A DNA stretch of 63,922 nucleotides, filler included, from Perkinsus chesapeaki ATCC PRA-425 (Eukaryota; Protista; Perkinsozoa): the NCBI GenBank assembly GCA_013115145.1. It is 20 parts of 20 records of this genome, joined end to end, with 100 filler letters (N's around TTAATTAATTAA, not from the genome) between each part and the next. Parts side by side here need not be neighbours in the genome. Positions count along the whole stretch, not along the records: positions 1 to 4,210 come from JAAPAO010001298.1; positions 4,311 to 7,812 come from JAAPAO010001400.1; positions 7,913 to 12,385 come from JAAPAO010001257.1; positions 12,486 to 18,668 come from JAAPAO010001107.1; 16 more parts are not named here. One strand, written 5' to 3'. Below are positions 1 to 12,993 of the stretch, piece by piece; positions within the stretch are counted from its first letter, which is position 1, and each line of letters starts with the position of its first letter. Made by a program: the position numbers and the translations under genes. Under the pieces are notes generated by a model. The model had not been told where the DNA came from. It was given only the letters and a program-made list of their open reading frames with translations, and ran no database searches.

Positions 1-334
1 TTCATGCAAAGATATGCACTAAGATACTTATCACAATATTCAGCGTGCGCAGGCAGGAGGGAGTATCCTCCACAGGCTTGCAGATAATAGAAATCTGAGT
101 AAAAGGTTCGACGGTTCGATTTGTTCAAACGAAGAACACCTTGTTGGGCTGAGCCCGAGAGACCGGGTCCCCCGGCTTAAGAGCCTTGCATCCAACAATC
201 CTTGAGAAGCACCGGTTGTTTGAAACAACTTGTTTTAACCGCGAAAACTGTGCTGCACTACTGGTGGAGCTGTGTCACGCTGCTTGTGCCGCACAAATTA
301 AGCGTAACCTATTTCTTTCCCTCTTCGGCGGAGA

Positions 335-535
335 ATGACTTTTATCTCTACCTCTTCCCTTTTCTCTCTCTTTCCCTCCGTTTTCTTCCGCTTTTATCCC
401 TTTCTTATCCCTTTCCTCTCTCCCTCTTCTCCCTTGTCCTTCCTTTTCCTTCCTTGTCTCCCCTTTCCTGTCCTCTCTTTCCTTTCTTTCCTTTCTTTCC
501 TTTCTTTCCTTCCTCTCCTTCCTTCCCTTTCCTTG
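335..535. repeat. Pyrimidine-rich (CT) low-complexity tract with TTTCC/TTTCTTTCC units
   Basis: The + strand is almost exclusively C/T; this produces the spurious KERKER and FPFFPF ORFs. Confidence 0.85.
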
Positions 536-1157
536 GCCACAGGTGTGGGCGAGGGGCCCAGTTTTCCACCTGCAGTGCAGGTTTCCTAGTGAATGCTGAA
601 CGGTTCTGCCGGGGAACCTCCCGCTCCGAAGGCTCCGTAGTGAGCTTAAGCTCCTTTCGAGCAGAATTTCGCGTTCTGCAGTGTGCCTAAATTTCCCTTT
701 CTTCCCACTTTCTTCCCGGCAATCTTTCCTCCTTCCCAGGGAACGGAATATTGGCAATCATTTCTCTCACTTTTCGACTTCCCGGCTTATTTCTGAAACT
801 AGACGCTGTATGTGCATCCGTGCAACTGTGAAGACAGTTTGCTGCGTCACGCTGTAAGGCTAGTAGTATTCATCCTTAGTTGAGAAAGTTGATGTCGTGA
901 CAAGGAATTGTTAGTGGTTCAATGTTTGACACGTCTACTATTGACCTATCTTGTGAGGACTCTTGCGCTTCAAAACCTGATTTTCCACATACAACACATG
1001 AGATCCCGATTCACGATAACAAAGGGTGCCGTTCTCTGCTCAGGCCCTGAACTTCAGGGTCGTAACGACCCTGGATAGTAATTATCACTGAATAATAGTT
1101 CATAGTAAATGCTCAGGGTTTCCTTTCAGCGAAGTCACTTTGAAGGCTTTCAATCAA

Positions 1158-1598
1158 ATGAATCCCACTTTGGGTATGCTATACTTCAGTGCTGTTGCTG
1201 TTGGTCTCATCAAAGGAGATGCAGTTCGTGTATACAATCTCACCGGTGTCTCCGATCCCATACAGCAGCAGCTCCAACGGGATGATATCATCTACAGGGA
1301 CTATCAAGATGGTGACAGACCCAAGTATGATTGTGCTGACCACGATGAGATATGCTACGTGGCCATAGACAAGTCGGACAGTCCACACGTGAGTTTTATC
1401 ACCATACATGAAGGGTTTGGCGCACTGAACTGCCGGTCATGGGCCATGAATAATGGCACATGCTACAAGACAGCTATAATACATTTACGCGGCCGCATCT
1501 CATTGCTTCATTCATTTTCAGACGGTTGTTGGTGTTATCGAGATGCATATACCCGACAAGGGAATGGAACAGGAGTTGAAGGAGCTCATCATGGCTAA
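1158..1598 (+). CDS. Hypothetical secreted protein, possibly frameshifted near its 3' end
   Basis: MNPTLGMLYFSAVAVGLIKG resembles a signal peptide and is followed by a Cys-containing domain. An alternative frame from about 1480 (YIYAAASHCFIHFQTVVGVIEMHIPDKG...) looks equally protein-like. Confidence 0.4.
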   Translation: MNPTLGMLYFSAVAVGLIKGDAVRVYNLTGVSDPIQQQLQRDDIIYRDYQDGDRPKYDCADHDEICYVAIDKSDSPHVSFITIHEGFGALNCRSWAMNNGTCYKTAIIHLRGRISLLHSFSDGCWCYRDAYTRQGNGTGVEGAHHG

Positions 1599-2249
1599 AG
1601 TGTAAGCACTTTCCCCAAGGTGTGGCCCACATAACCGCACCTGCTTCCTCACCTGGTGAGGCTCGCCACACTTCTTCACTTCAGGCCGCCTTCGAAAAGG
1701 GATGGCATAATCGGCTACATAAATTTTGTGAGTTGATGTTGACTTCGCCGCCATCCATGATGGATGATCCATCTCCCTAAAATAGGGTTTTGCCTTCTCG
1801 TCGTGTTACGAATGGAACTTTCGTTCTGAACTGTGATATCAGTCCTTAGACTACTATCTCTACCACGATATCATCGAGGGTATAACATCTGCATTTTCAG
1901 TATCTGGCACATGAAATAACGCGCCTTTAATATGTACATTCCATTGCGCTCTGCCGCGGTATGCTGCGGCGAGCTATAGTGTCAGTCTGACTGTGACGGG
2001 TGCCCAAATTTCCGTACGATGTAGCACCGATGTTCCCCTGGCCAGCAGAGCTCCGGGAAGGCTGATCGAGATTTTACGCTATAGCAGGGGAACTTCAACT
2101 TTCTTAACAGTTTTGCTGCTAATTGCTGATATTTGTCAGATTTTCGTGATGACCAACTGGCGGGTCGCCACCAATCTCATAGAGAAAAAACTCACAGACG
2201 TAAGTGTCATGAATGCAACCTGCTCAGGACTCTGGGAAGTTCGTAATTA

Positions 2250-2780
2250 ATAACACTCACGCATCCTTTTTTACTCAGATAAAAGAGAAGATGCCCAAGG
2301 TTGTTGCTATCATAGCAATGCTATGTATCTCAGGGTACTAGTTACAAACAAACAAGCGATCGCCCTCTATAAAAAGACAGGATTCGAAGAAATTAAAAGT
2401 AAGTGATATCGGAGATACCAGATGTCCAGTATGGAATCCCCATGTAACATCATACTGTGTTATATGCTTTCAGGGGACAAGACGCGGATAACCTCTGTGC
2501 GCTACCTGCTGTGAAGGTCATGAGTTACACTATATCGCGCTTGTGAAACCTTCTTGCTCCTCTACTTCACACAAGCGTAGCGAGCAGTGGGTTTCGAATA
2601 TCAATATTATATAGAGGCAACTTTTCATTTTGAGTATGGCACGATACAGGTAGTATGAATGGTTATCGCAAAGACTAATAACGAAGGCTTTTTTGATCAA
2701 GCTTTCCCATAGACTTCCACGGCGATGCGTTGAGGGCAGTGGCTTGACTTCTAAGCGGCTAATCAACTAAACTGGGTTAC
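2250..2780 (-). mobile_element. Degenerate BEL/Pao-type integrase relic
   Basis: PSTHRRGSLWESLIKKAF resembles the P..GG.WE.lik motif. Downstream broken frames give W...Y..LL and EGDRLFV, as in Pao integrase C-termini. Multiple stops are present. Confidence 0.4.
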
Positions 2781-3910
2781 TTACGAGATACACCAGGCGC
2801 TTAAGTAGCTAACCTGAGTGACCATTTATGTCATCTGGGTGCTGCTCTATATAGAACTTCTATAATAGAAGAGAGCTTCTTCGAATGCTCACGATCTAAT
2901 TATAACACGTATTGTTACCCGTCTGATAATCGTTACAGCGTTGCTACAGCAGGATGTTCAAATAGTAAGCTCTATAGTGCAGTTCCAGTATGCACTGTCC
3001 CCTTAGCACACAATTTCTGTCCCCTTAGCTTAGTAAGCGTCGTAGAGACCACACCTCTCCTTTTTACCCTTCGGCTATCCGCTGTGGTTTTACCCTGTCG
3101 AGTTGTTATACTGCAACAGAGCAGCTCCTTGTTACCGGTATCATGGACCCCAATCTTTACTTTGCCCTCCCAGAGTGCTTTGATCCGCTTACGAGCTCAT
3201 TCGATTTTGAACAATGGGTACGTAAGTTTAAACTCCTTTAAGACACTCAACTCAATAGCAGTTATATGGAAAGGATAGTTGGGTAGACTCATTAAGTAGA
3301 GATACTTTGCCAGAGAGGAGGAGATTCGTCAACATCGCAGTGCTTGTGGGAGGAATAAGTTTATCACCGATATTCTCTCGCAAGGACTAATCACTGTGAG
3401 TAACACATAATGTGCCGTCACAGTGCTCCTCCACTCGGCAATGAAAAAAAATTGATAGTCAATTAGAATGATTCACTGCTACACTGCTGGCTTGGGGGGC
3501 TAGCTAAGCTGCAGTACCTTCGCGCACACACACTTGTTGTGTGTGTTGTCTACCTTTTGTCGCTTGGTCGTTAAAACATCACTTCTGCGCCGCAGAGTTC
3601 GACTTACCCGCTTCCAGAGCAGGAAAACTGCTTAGAGCTTGACTTGAGACTTGGGCTGCCACTAGGCTACCGATACTTGATCAAACAAGTGTTAACATAA
3701 GTGTTAGTGGTTACTTCCACCAGCTGCATTAAATGGGAAGCATTAAATAATAAAAGAAAGGTAAGCTTCTTGTGTGTTGCGATGCTCTCAATCCCGACCT
3801 AATCAATAATGGGATACTTTTCGAGACCTCATCGCATAAATCGTGAAGACAACATGAAGTCGCTAGCTCTCAACGGATTGTCGTTTCTTCTTTTTTCAAA
3901 GAAACCTGGC

Positions 3911-4210
3911 CTACGATTTAATACAGGGCGACGACTTTATGCCACTTCCGAATACAGGATATTGATACATTTCAGTTAGAATACCACACGCACCTGAAAA
4001 TTATCCAAATCCGATGCAACTTATAACTTCCCACTGGTTACCTCGAGGAATCGCAGCTCCAGTTCTCTCGATATATGCAAAACCTTTCATACCCCAAGAC
4101 TTGCCCCAAGTGTTCATAGTCTTCCAATATCTGAGATATACTCGTACAAGATAAAGGAGGAACGACAGTGTATTACGGTATTCCAGTTGTTGAAGTACCA
4201 TATCCAACAA
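3911..4210 (-). CDS. Papain-family (C1A) cysteine protease, C-terminal three exons, 5'-truncated by the contig end
   Basis: Splicing at two short GT-AG introns gives VGYGTSTTGIP-YWKTMNTWGKSWGMKGFAYIERTGAAIPRG-ACGILTEMYQYPVF...stop. This contains the catalytic-Asn motif (xNxWG..WG..G) and the terminal CGI...YP motif. Confidence 0.9.
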
Positions 4211-4310
4211 NNNNNNNNNNNNNNNNNNNNNNNNNNNNNNNNNNNNNNNNNNNNTTAATTAATTAANNNNNNNNNNNNNNNNNNNNNNNNNNNNNNNNNN
4301 NNNNNNNNNN
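4211..4310. other. Artificial contig linker (N-run + TTAATTAATTAA + N-run); first of about 19
   Basis: The same ~100-nt spacer, with stops in all six frames, recurs at about 7813, 12386, 18669, 21421, 24460, 33803, 35301, 38248, 40979, 45438, 50318, 51988, 54500, 56449, 57706, 59384, 61330 and 62455. The N-run at 14860-14956 has no linker and is an internal gap. Confidence 0.97.
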
Positions 4311-4440
4311 TTTCCTATCAAACTCCTTTCTATTATATCTCCTCCTCCGTATCACTAGTAACATATTTCCTATCAAACTCCTCCCTATTATATCTCCTCC
4401 TCCTCCGTATCACTAATTGTCCTATCAACCCTGCCTATAC
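4311..4440. repeat. Intronic purine/pyrimidine-skewed minisatellite (~55-nt unit, about 2 copies)
   Basis: tttcctatcaaactcc...ctattatatctcctcctccgtatcacta is repeated; it lies in the WDR6 intron that begins at 4443. Confidence 0.8.
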
Positions 4441-4443
4441 TAC

Positions 4444-6271
4444 CTTCCATCGTTCAACAAGATTGTCAACATCCCACACCACGAAGCTGGTCTCTGTAAA
4501 GCCCCAGGCGAGCCTAGATGACGCCTGTGGCGTAGGTCTGGCAACCCCCAGCAGATGCTGGACTGCCTGCACTCGAATAGAGTAAATCGGTCGCACCTGA
4601 CATCACGCATTAGACCCTTCCTCTGACCGCTATCGACATTACCGCTATCCGTCCGTCCTCGAAGGCCTGCCAGGAGGCCATCACCAGGACGCCATCGTTG
4701 CCACTGCAAGCCACCTGTCTCTTACCAGCGCCAACGGTCGTCACTCGTATGGAGACGACTTTAGTTTTATTCCCAAACAGTCGAGATTCGGAGGGTGCAA
4801 CGCTGCCCGATCTGGAGAGGACCCAGATGGCACCGTTCGCAGTGCCGAGGATAACGTAGTCATCATCAATTGTGCAACAGGCTGTCTTCTTTCCCGAAAC
4901 CTTATACTTGCGGATTACCCCTCTCGTGGGGGAGACTATCGAAACATCACCAAGCCTGTTGGTAACTACTGCGGTGTCGTCGTTGCTGTTGCCTGTGAAG
5001 ATACTGCTGGCTTGCTGCCTAACCACACTTGGGAAGGCATGTTGCTCGCGCAGACACTGGCGATCTGCCACTACAACTCCGCCCGATACTGTTCCCAACC
5101 AGAGGAAGCTCTTCGACAGGGCGGCGGCCACCACAGGTGCACCAGGGATCTCGCATTCGAAGCTCAGGTCTGATTCGTAGTAGGTATAAACCGTACCGAA
5201 ATTAGTGACCACACAGACGTGCGAAAATCCCTCCAGAAAGCCCACCCAGCGTATCCAGTCCTTTCTGGCCGTTTTTCCCGTGGGAGGGAGCGACACCGTT
5301 TTAGACTGGACTTCTGGTGCCTTCGACAGGTCCCATGGCTTCAAGGCCGCATCCTCCCCTCCCGAGACGGCATAAGGCGCTCCTTTGAGATGTGAAGTGG
5401 TGAGTGCTCGAACACCGTGGCCACCGTGGCGATGACCGTGGAACTCCTTGAGACATTTTGCGGTTTTTCTATCAAAAAGTCTCACGACAGCATCCTCGCA
5501 GGCCGTAAGCACCCCTCGTTGACAGAGCAGCGCTACCCAGACTCGACCGCCATGTCCCTGGGCGTATGTTTTCATGACAGCTCCATCCGCCAGTCTCCAG
5601 AGCACCGCCGTTCGATCGTCAGAGGAGCTTAGCACCAGCGGACCGCCAACCTCACCAGGATACACCTTAACGCTGAACACCGAGCCTTGGTGGACTTCGA
5701 CTTCACGGAACTCGGATATGCCATATGGCTGCCAAACCGGGCAGGTCCATCTCACGCTGCCTCCAACAACAATCATATCTTCCTTATTCTCACCGAGGCA
5801 AGCAATATGGCTGCTGTATAGGATAGCTCTCGAGGGGGCCTGGAGCCTTGCTTTTATCAAACCGCTGGTGACATCAATTACGACCAGTTCGTTGTGCATT
5901 GTTGATACGTAAATGGCACCTTTTATGGACAAAGCGCTCAGGACCCAATCCTCGCAGTCTACCACACTGCTCTGGGTGAAACCAGTGATTTGCCCCGTCG
6001 AGGGGTCTCGTTGGATCGTCCCAAATACAATGTGGGTTGTTGCCCAAGCTATCAGGGTGCCATCATCACACAATCGCATGCCATGAATATGGTCGTGTGT
6101 GAAGAGCTGCTTCGTATAGATTGTTCTGTTTCCTTCTCCTTGGGTGAAATGCAAGTAGGGCCCCATGCCCACAGCGATAGTCATGTGTATTTGATCTTTA
6201 AGATCTTCAACGGCCAAGATTGGGCCATGATAAGCCATGGTTGGAAGAGTGTCTTGGTGGTCTCGGACCAT
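4444..6271 (-). CDS. WDR6: WD40-repeat protein of the WDR6/Trm734 (Rtt10) family, 3'-truncated
   Basis: Ordered family motifs: WVLSA..STMHNEL, ILYSS..GGSV, HQGSVFSV..SSSDDRTAVLW, GHGGRVW..CEDAVVR, GH.HGGHGVRAL..SGGEDAALKPW. Exon 1 is 6271-4643, then a 46-nt GT-AG intron, then exon 2 at 4596-4444 (..LAWGFTETSFVVWDV..), in phase. Confidence 0.85.
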
Positions 6272-7653
6272 TAGGGCAGTTCATCCAAGCAGACTGTAGA
6301 TAAGCCATACCCACCATACTAGACAACTCAACAATACATCGAGGGAAACAAGACCAGTTGTCGATATTTCTCCATCCTTGTCTTCGTGGAGCTGAGGGTC
6401 CTCGCTCCCAAAGTAGCCTATCGACAATTTGACAAACCGAGTGCTGGAATGTAGACCAGCTTATGTTGACAAGGAGAAGGAATTTCGTCAAATTTCCGAC
6501 CTGCGAGATGCAGATACTGGCCAAGTGGCTGGAAGGCATCCGATGGAGCCTTCGTGAACTACTACAAAACCCTCTGGCGCATCTTCGCCTGATTCCATGG
6601 GTGCTAAAATGTTATCGAAACAGGGACCTATTTTGCGTGATCAACGGTGTTTGTAAAGTAGTTGATAAGTGCCGAATAGCCTCCCCACCGACGTCTAACC
6701 TGCCCGACTTAAACCGTCCTTTGCTCGCAGTCGTTGCTGACGATCGCATGCGAGCACGTCCTATGATGGTGGATCCCGTTGAGCAAATGGAAGCTCCCGA
6801 ATTGGTCACAGAAGCCGCTGCCGTTCAAAAGTAAAATTATCAAAGACCATCATATCTAATCCAATAAAAGAGATCCGTACTATGATATAGTGGGTTCGTC
6901 AGATTTTAGACTTACAGTGTGAAAATTGGCTTCGTCAAACTTGACAGTAGCATTCACAGAGCCGGGAGAAGAAAAGTGCAATTTCAAAAGATGACCGATT
7001 CAGTTAAAATAGTATTAAAATGCCGATACCGAATATATTGACATGCACGGTGTTCGTGAAATCTTCAAAAACAGTGATGGTTGGTTCAGGGGGTTGATGA
7101 GATGATAGAGTATTGTCCGAGAAACAGCTAGGATAGGTCATATTGGGCCGGACAATTAATACAGGAAGTGCTAACATGAGCCACAATAACACCACACCGT
7201 TAATCGGAGGATGTCGATCTGTCTGAAATGCCTTCGTCAGCATCCCTATTGTAACCTGCTCGATGCAGATGCGGAGATTCATGATCGGCCGCATTGGCGC
7301 ATGCGTACATCTGTTGCACGCAAACGCAAAATTGGAAATCTCATGAAGGAAGTGAAAAGGATGGAGTAAGACCAGTACGGATATACTACTAAAGTGAAAG
7401 TACTTTTCCAGGGCAGAAGTACTCGCTCGCCCATAGAGGCAATTCACAAGCAAGTGTATTACGTTGACGGGTACGACTTTACGCATTCGAAAATGCGGAA
7501 ACACTTGAAGAGTTAACCAAAGCTCAGTAGATTGCTAGCGGGAATTCCTCAAATCCAAAACTCGATTAAGTATGTGACAGTCACTTTGCTTACACGGCGA
7601 GCTAAACCTGTGCCCTGGAAATCGGATTAATGCCCTGTGAGAAAGGATTTACC

Positions 7654-7812
7654 CTATACTATAGGAGGGAGATAGTATAGGAGGGAGATACTATAGGAGG
7701 GAGATACTATAGGAGGGAGATACTATAGGAGGGAGATAGTATAGGAGGGAGATACTATAGGAGGGAGATACTATAGGAGGGAGATAGTATAGGAGGGAGA
7801 TACTATAGGAGG
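7654..7812. repeat. 16-nt minisatellite (ATAGGAGGGAGATA[C/G]T), about 10 copies, running into the gap
   Basis: Head-to-tail units with no spacers. Confidence 0.95.
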
Positions 7813-7914
7813 NNNNNNNNNNNNNNNNNNNNNNNNNNNNNNNNNNNNNNNNNNNNTTAATTAATTAANNNNNNNNNNNNNNNNNNNNNNNNNNNNNNNN
7901 NNNNNNNNNNNNCC

Positions 7915-8300
7915 TTGACGTTGAGAAAGTCTTTGCCTCATGCGTTACTTATCGCCTCAATTGAAGGCGGATATGATCCTTTACAAACCAGTGAAGCTGT
8001 GCGGAGCTTAGCGACTGGTCTAAGGGGAATGACGGAGAAAGCTAGGATGCTTGAATTAGAGAAAAGCAATTCCCTTACAAAGGCTGCAATGGTAAGGATT
8101 GGAGTGATTAGGAATGCTCCCCTGTGATATGTGTATTTTAGGATCTATGACAAACTCACGTGTCCCCTCAAGTTGGTTTGTACCGTTCGACAGGATGGAG
8201 GATTGGAAATCTATCAGACTGAGCCGCCTCTTCCCCAGGCAACAACATTACGATGTAGAAGATATATCATTCTATAATATAATGGCTTCAAGCTTTAACA
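7915..8300 (+). CDS. 3' exons of a hypothetical protein (5'-truncated)
   Basis: Open frame from the contig start, a GTAAGG donor at about 8091 and an acceptor at about 8140. No family recognised. Confidence 0.35.
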
Positions 8301-9029
8301 AAGGCTGGCCCTATTGCTCCAGCGTCTATACTACTCCCTTTATTCTTATGGCTTTTAAGTACTGCCTGATGTATACTATTCTGTTCAATATAACGAGCGT
8401 AAGAGTAAATGCAGGTTAAGGGGACTTGAGTTTGCAGTATTCAATACGACATTTCATCAACCCCACTTCTTGACCTTGAAACAGAACCAGAATAGGCTAA
8501 GCCGTAATAACATATGCTTACGGCGGTCGTTCCCTTTTCGGGAGTCATCTGTTGAACTAGTTGGACGATTGATATTAGATTGTAAGTGAATTGGAGAGTA
8601 GACACTACTCTAGTAATGGATACAGCTAGGCTCAAGCCAAGCTGAGCCGTGTACGTAATTACAGAGTAACAAGTGTCCCGTTGTACCAATGCCGTTGTGC
8701 CTTGCGGTATGGTTTCCACAGGTTATATATTTGAAACATTGCCCTCGCGATAAGGGTCCACTCTTTCGCTGTATCCTAGTATTTCCCGATCCTTGTTGTT
8801 TCTGAACTTATTGATTTCGTATCAGTCTTCCTCTTCCTATCTATTAACTCCATTACCTCTCTCTGACGTCGTTTCAGGCGTTCTCTTTCTATCTGCTGAC
8901 TCTGGTGATATTCTCTCAATCGCTTATGGGTCTATCGTGAATAACGTGTCCAGTAGAGCTATCCAGTCGATGTCAATTATATCTCCCTAAATAGAGCAGT
9001 TAATTCCGTCCCATCCTTTTGTGTTCAGG

Positions 9030-9355
9030 TAGCGGCCGTCTTGTACTATACGAAGTTTAAGGTCGCCCGAGAGCAATGGCGCGCAGCTGAAGCTGACAGC
9101 CCCGACTCAGAGAATGACCCTAAGGTTAAGGCCGCCTACGTTGTGATGTTCATGCAGCTCTCGGGCCTGGTTAAGATTTGCTGCGAGTTGACCGAATCCA
9201 CTTTGGCTTTGGGCTACGTACCAAGTTCCATGAAAGAGAAGTACCCAAAGACCATAAAGGTGATCCAAGTTCTGTGTGCCTTGACCAGTGCTACAAGCTC
9301 TATGCATAAACTCCTCATGAATCAACAGCGAGTGGCCAGCAATAATGGCAAGTAA
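9030..9355 (+). CDS. Terminal exon of a hypothetical protein with weak PEX11-like C-terminal pattern
   Basis: Acceptor TTCAG, then VAAVLYYTKFK...LSGLVKICCELTESTLALGY...VLCALTSATSSMHKLL. This resembles the PEX11 pattern l.lvK..cD...a...l....l..S. I could not assemble the upstream exons. Confidence 0.3.
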
Positions 9356-10624
9356 ACCAATAGCACTATTCTTATCGCGTATTTTTGCTGTTTCATAATC
9401 ACATGCTGGAGTTGTGCAACTTGATATGGTATGGGTAAACCCCTAGAGACTGAACAACAACTCTAATCGCATTCGAACGACACCAGTGTCCTTTTGAGAA
9501 AACCCAGAAGGCTAACATAAAGCATGCATTTGCTACGAGCGATATGCTATTCTGATTTCCCATACACTGTCTATTCCGTAGCGCCGAGTGATACAAACGC
9601 GTGCCGTGCTTCAGCCTTTCCATAGACGTGGTTTGGTACAGTGGTCAACCCTAGGGAATCCGAGGGAAAAAGCTGCTAATTAAGGAGGGACAGGGAGAGC
9701 GACCTGTCGTTGCGTCACTTTGTGTGGGCGGTACTGATCACCGCAAGATCACGAGCAGTAGGCCAACTAACTTCTCTACGAAAGATAGATTCTTCACTTT
9801 GGAGCTATTCAGCTTTGTACGCTGAGTCTACTACACTCGCATCGCTTCGATGTCACACAGTTCTTCAATGTGGCTTAATAGGGTTTGCCGTGCTGAGCAT
9901 GCCCCCGGGCTGCAGCACAAGTCAAGCATTACTAGTCTTCTGATAGCCACTAAGTCCTTGGCAGCGAATACCGTTACGCGGCGTGACTCTTCGCTATACC
10001 TTCCTTAGATCTGTTATAACGTTATTACTGAGAAAGCTTTCATAACTGCGTGTGGCTATTGCATCACGAACGTTGTATGTGGCGGTGATTTACATCGCGA
10101 TCTCCTTATCAGGCGCGAGGAAAATCTGAAAGCGTATGATATTCATAAAACCTTCGCCGATACCCAGGGTATCAGCTCCAAGACGCTGCATTCAGAAAGG
10201 TGCATAGTTCAGTCGTTGATATCTGCTTCGTGGTGCAAGGCTTGATGAAGTGACCCAAAACGCCCCAAACAATATCGCTTCGAAATCAAGATAGAGAAAA
10301 TTCGCCAACTTTGTGCGCCGCGGGCGACTAGGCCCTGAACGGTCCGCCGACAGTTGCACCAAAAACTTCCAAGAGTTTTGTGCCAGTGAGGCATGAGGGC
10401 CAACACTCTGCTCGCAGCACGCTGTCTTTTTTCTTGTGTGCTCGCGTACACCGGCTGTGAGCCCAGGTAGCGCGCTGGCTGGGCAGCTTATCAGGCACCG
10501 TATTAATCCGGATTGAGTCATAGATCTCTCGTCTCTTCGCCTATCCCTCGGGAAGGGTGTTCCTCTCCGTTGTGGCTTGCCTAATTCGTTGGACAGGTTT
10601 TTGGTTTCCATTTTCGAACGCTAA

Positions 10625-12385
10625 ATGATGAACGAGCCGGCGAGATTATCGCGTATTGATGAGAGGCTCTTCCCCTCTTTAGCATCCCTCACTGGTCAAG
10701 CATTGATCGGTGTGCTCATCAGAAAGAAGCGTTCTTCCTATAAAGAACTTCCTAATCGTAGGGTCAGCCCTCGGTTTCAAATGCAGATAGGGGAAGTCAT
10801 TTACCACTATGAAGATAGCGACCTCCTTGTAGTCCAATACCAAGACGGCTCTAGAGAAGTAAGTTGATGATAACCTCTTCCAAAGTTTAACTCGAACTGA
10901 CAAGTCTCATTACACAAGAGGATTGGCAGTTTGGTACTCATTCATCTGTATTGTTTTAGGTGCTCAAAGAGGGTGAGGTCAAAAAACTGTCACTCCCCGG
11001 TGACGCTTATGTATTGATGGGATATGACAAACCCTCGCTCCGCTTAAAGCGAGCAAGCTCCTCATCTACCGAGGCCTCCGATCATCCTTCTGAATCACCA
11101 TTCAAGCCGATGTGAGCCTTACTCAACACCGTTCCTTTACACTTCGTAATCTGGCCCACAGCTTGAGCGATTCGCCTGTGACCCCACGTGTTACATTTCT
11201 TCGGAATCTTCCTATGCTAATCGAGTCAATATCACTATCGCAGTGTTGGTGTGTTCGACTGATACCTCGCTGCAGGCCGCTATGTACTGAGAAACCAGCA
11301 ATCGATCACCGAAGGTCATCGGCCTCTAGCGTCAGAAAGGCACGGTCGACTTCCCGACCAAGACGTGATGAAGCGTCGGGGCCTTCTAAGAAGAGGAGAA
11401 CCCTCGGGTCGACTATAGACCTATTGAAGAGTAGGTATCAAAGTTCCAAGGGTATATCTCCTTCCTCGAAGCAACCATACCATGATCCCGTGGATGTTTG
11501 CCTCTCCTCAGCCCCTATTCGAACGCCATCCCGAATGAAGGGCTCCCCCGCCACCACCCCAGCCAGTCCAACAGACTCTGAGACCACATGCGAGCCTTCC
11601 CCAGAACACTATTACTGTGCGGATGAGGAAGTACAGATGCTTCGTCAATCAGGAATTAATTCTTTGGATGAAGAAATCATAGAACTCCCTGAGGGGCATC
11701 ATGTGTTATCCAATATAGGTGAGTTATACATCCACCACTTCTACATTGTGGAGTATCCACTTTCGACTAAATGCTTGTTTAGGTGCCATAAAGTGTTATT
11801 ATAACCCCATCCTCATGAAACATGTTGGTGTTGGACCGGACACTGCTGCTCGGTGGATGAGGCATTGTATCATATCCCTGCGCCGTTCGATAAATACTGG
11901 CGATTTGTATCTAGTCAGTCAGCCTTCTAAAAGAGTCTCATTGAAGGATATTGCAGCAACTGGTGTCCACTCTGACATTTATCTCAACGGACTGGCGTCT
12001 ATTGATAAATGGCTTAAAGCGAAGTCTCATGAATTGAAGAAAGATGTCCTTATTGATCTTTGTAGCGACGCGTGTAGGGAGATTGTTGGAAAATCAACTG
12101 GTCGTAATTCAGGGCTTGCCCTGAGCTCTAATGAGTGTGTCATGGATCGAAACACTCTTGATGTCTGCCTTTGTTCTTGTTCTATGATGAACGAAGCCCT
12201 CAACGACCTTCTGAGTCAACGTGCCTATTATGATGGAGGTAGATCAGAACGCTTCCCGCAGTCTGCCATAGTTTTTGGGCGAGCTTCTGGTCATCAAGTT
12301 CCTGTCTTTTTGGGCCCCGAGGATGAACGAGTCATATCCGAGCATCTACGCTGTGAAGGTTGTGATCGATCAACCAATGAGAAGA
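10625..12385 (+). CDS. Multi-exon hypothetical protein, 3'-truncated
   Basis: Chain of long ORFs (10625-10867, 11112-11804, 11719-contig end) joined by plausible GT-AG introns. No recognisable domain. Confidence 0.55.
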
Positions 12386-12485
12386 NNNNNNNNNNNNNNN
12401 NNNNNNNNNNNNNNNNNNNNNNNNNNNNNTTAATTAATTAANNNNNNNNNNNNNNNNNNNNNNNNNNNNNNNNNNNNNNNNNNNN

Positions 12486-12929
12486 TTCACATTACACCGC
12501 TAGGATGATCCTAGTGATAGTCAGCCGTCGGTGACCGTGACGCGGCCGAACGGCGGATGGTACCATCAACTGGTTCGCATTTATTCGCAAGCATGGAACC
12601 AGTGTTGTAGGAAAGTTGTAGTTGCTTGTGAGGAGCTGTCTCCCGGTAGTTTCGTCTATCTCCGGCTCTGTGCTACGGTGCTGGACGTGGTAGAAGTGCG
12701 CGAGATGTGTGAGAGTACGTGTACACGTGTGCGTTTGCGAAGCCCTCTGTCCAGCTGTACCAACGAAAGGTGCAAGTACCCTTTACAGCTCAAGCTCAAC
12801 TGGAGAAATGCAGGTCCCGTGAGTCACGAGCGCAACAGGATTTGCCGGATATCCCACGAATCGTGGGCCACGATTCATCTCAGAAGACGGAATAACCTTG
12901 ATTTTGGAATCCAACCAAAGATGGACTAA
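12486..12929 (+). CDS. 3' part of a hypothetical gene (5'-truncated)
   Basis: Open frame near the contig start with a candidate GTACGT...TTTACAG intron; stop at 12929. Confidence 0.35.
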
Positions 12930-12993
12930 AACTCTGGCTATTATTCTTGGCAGTTTTCCCATCATTTCAACGGTCCCGACGTTGATCCTTGTC

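Noticed and set aside
202-757. KERKER-rich and FPFFPF-rich ORFs
   Set aside because: They are by-products of the CT-rich low-complexity tract; there is no domain evidence.
4255-4266. TTAATTAATTAA as a conserved biological palindrome, and ORFs ending in LIN or N after X-runs
   Set aside because: It is always embedded in N-runs, so it is an assembly spacer.
6275-6834. Small gene upstream of WDR6
   Set aside because: Overlapping ORFs on both strands gave no consistent spliced model.
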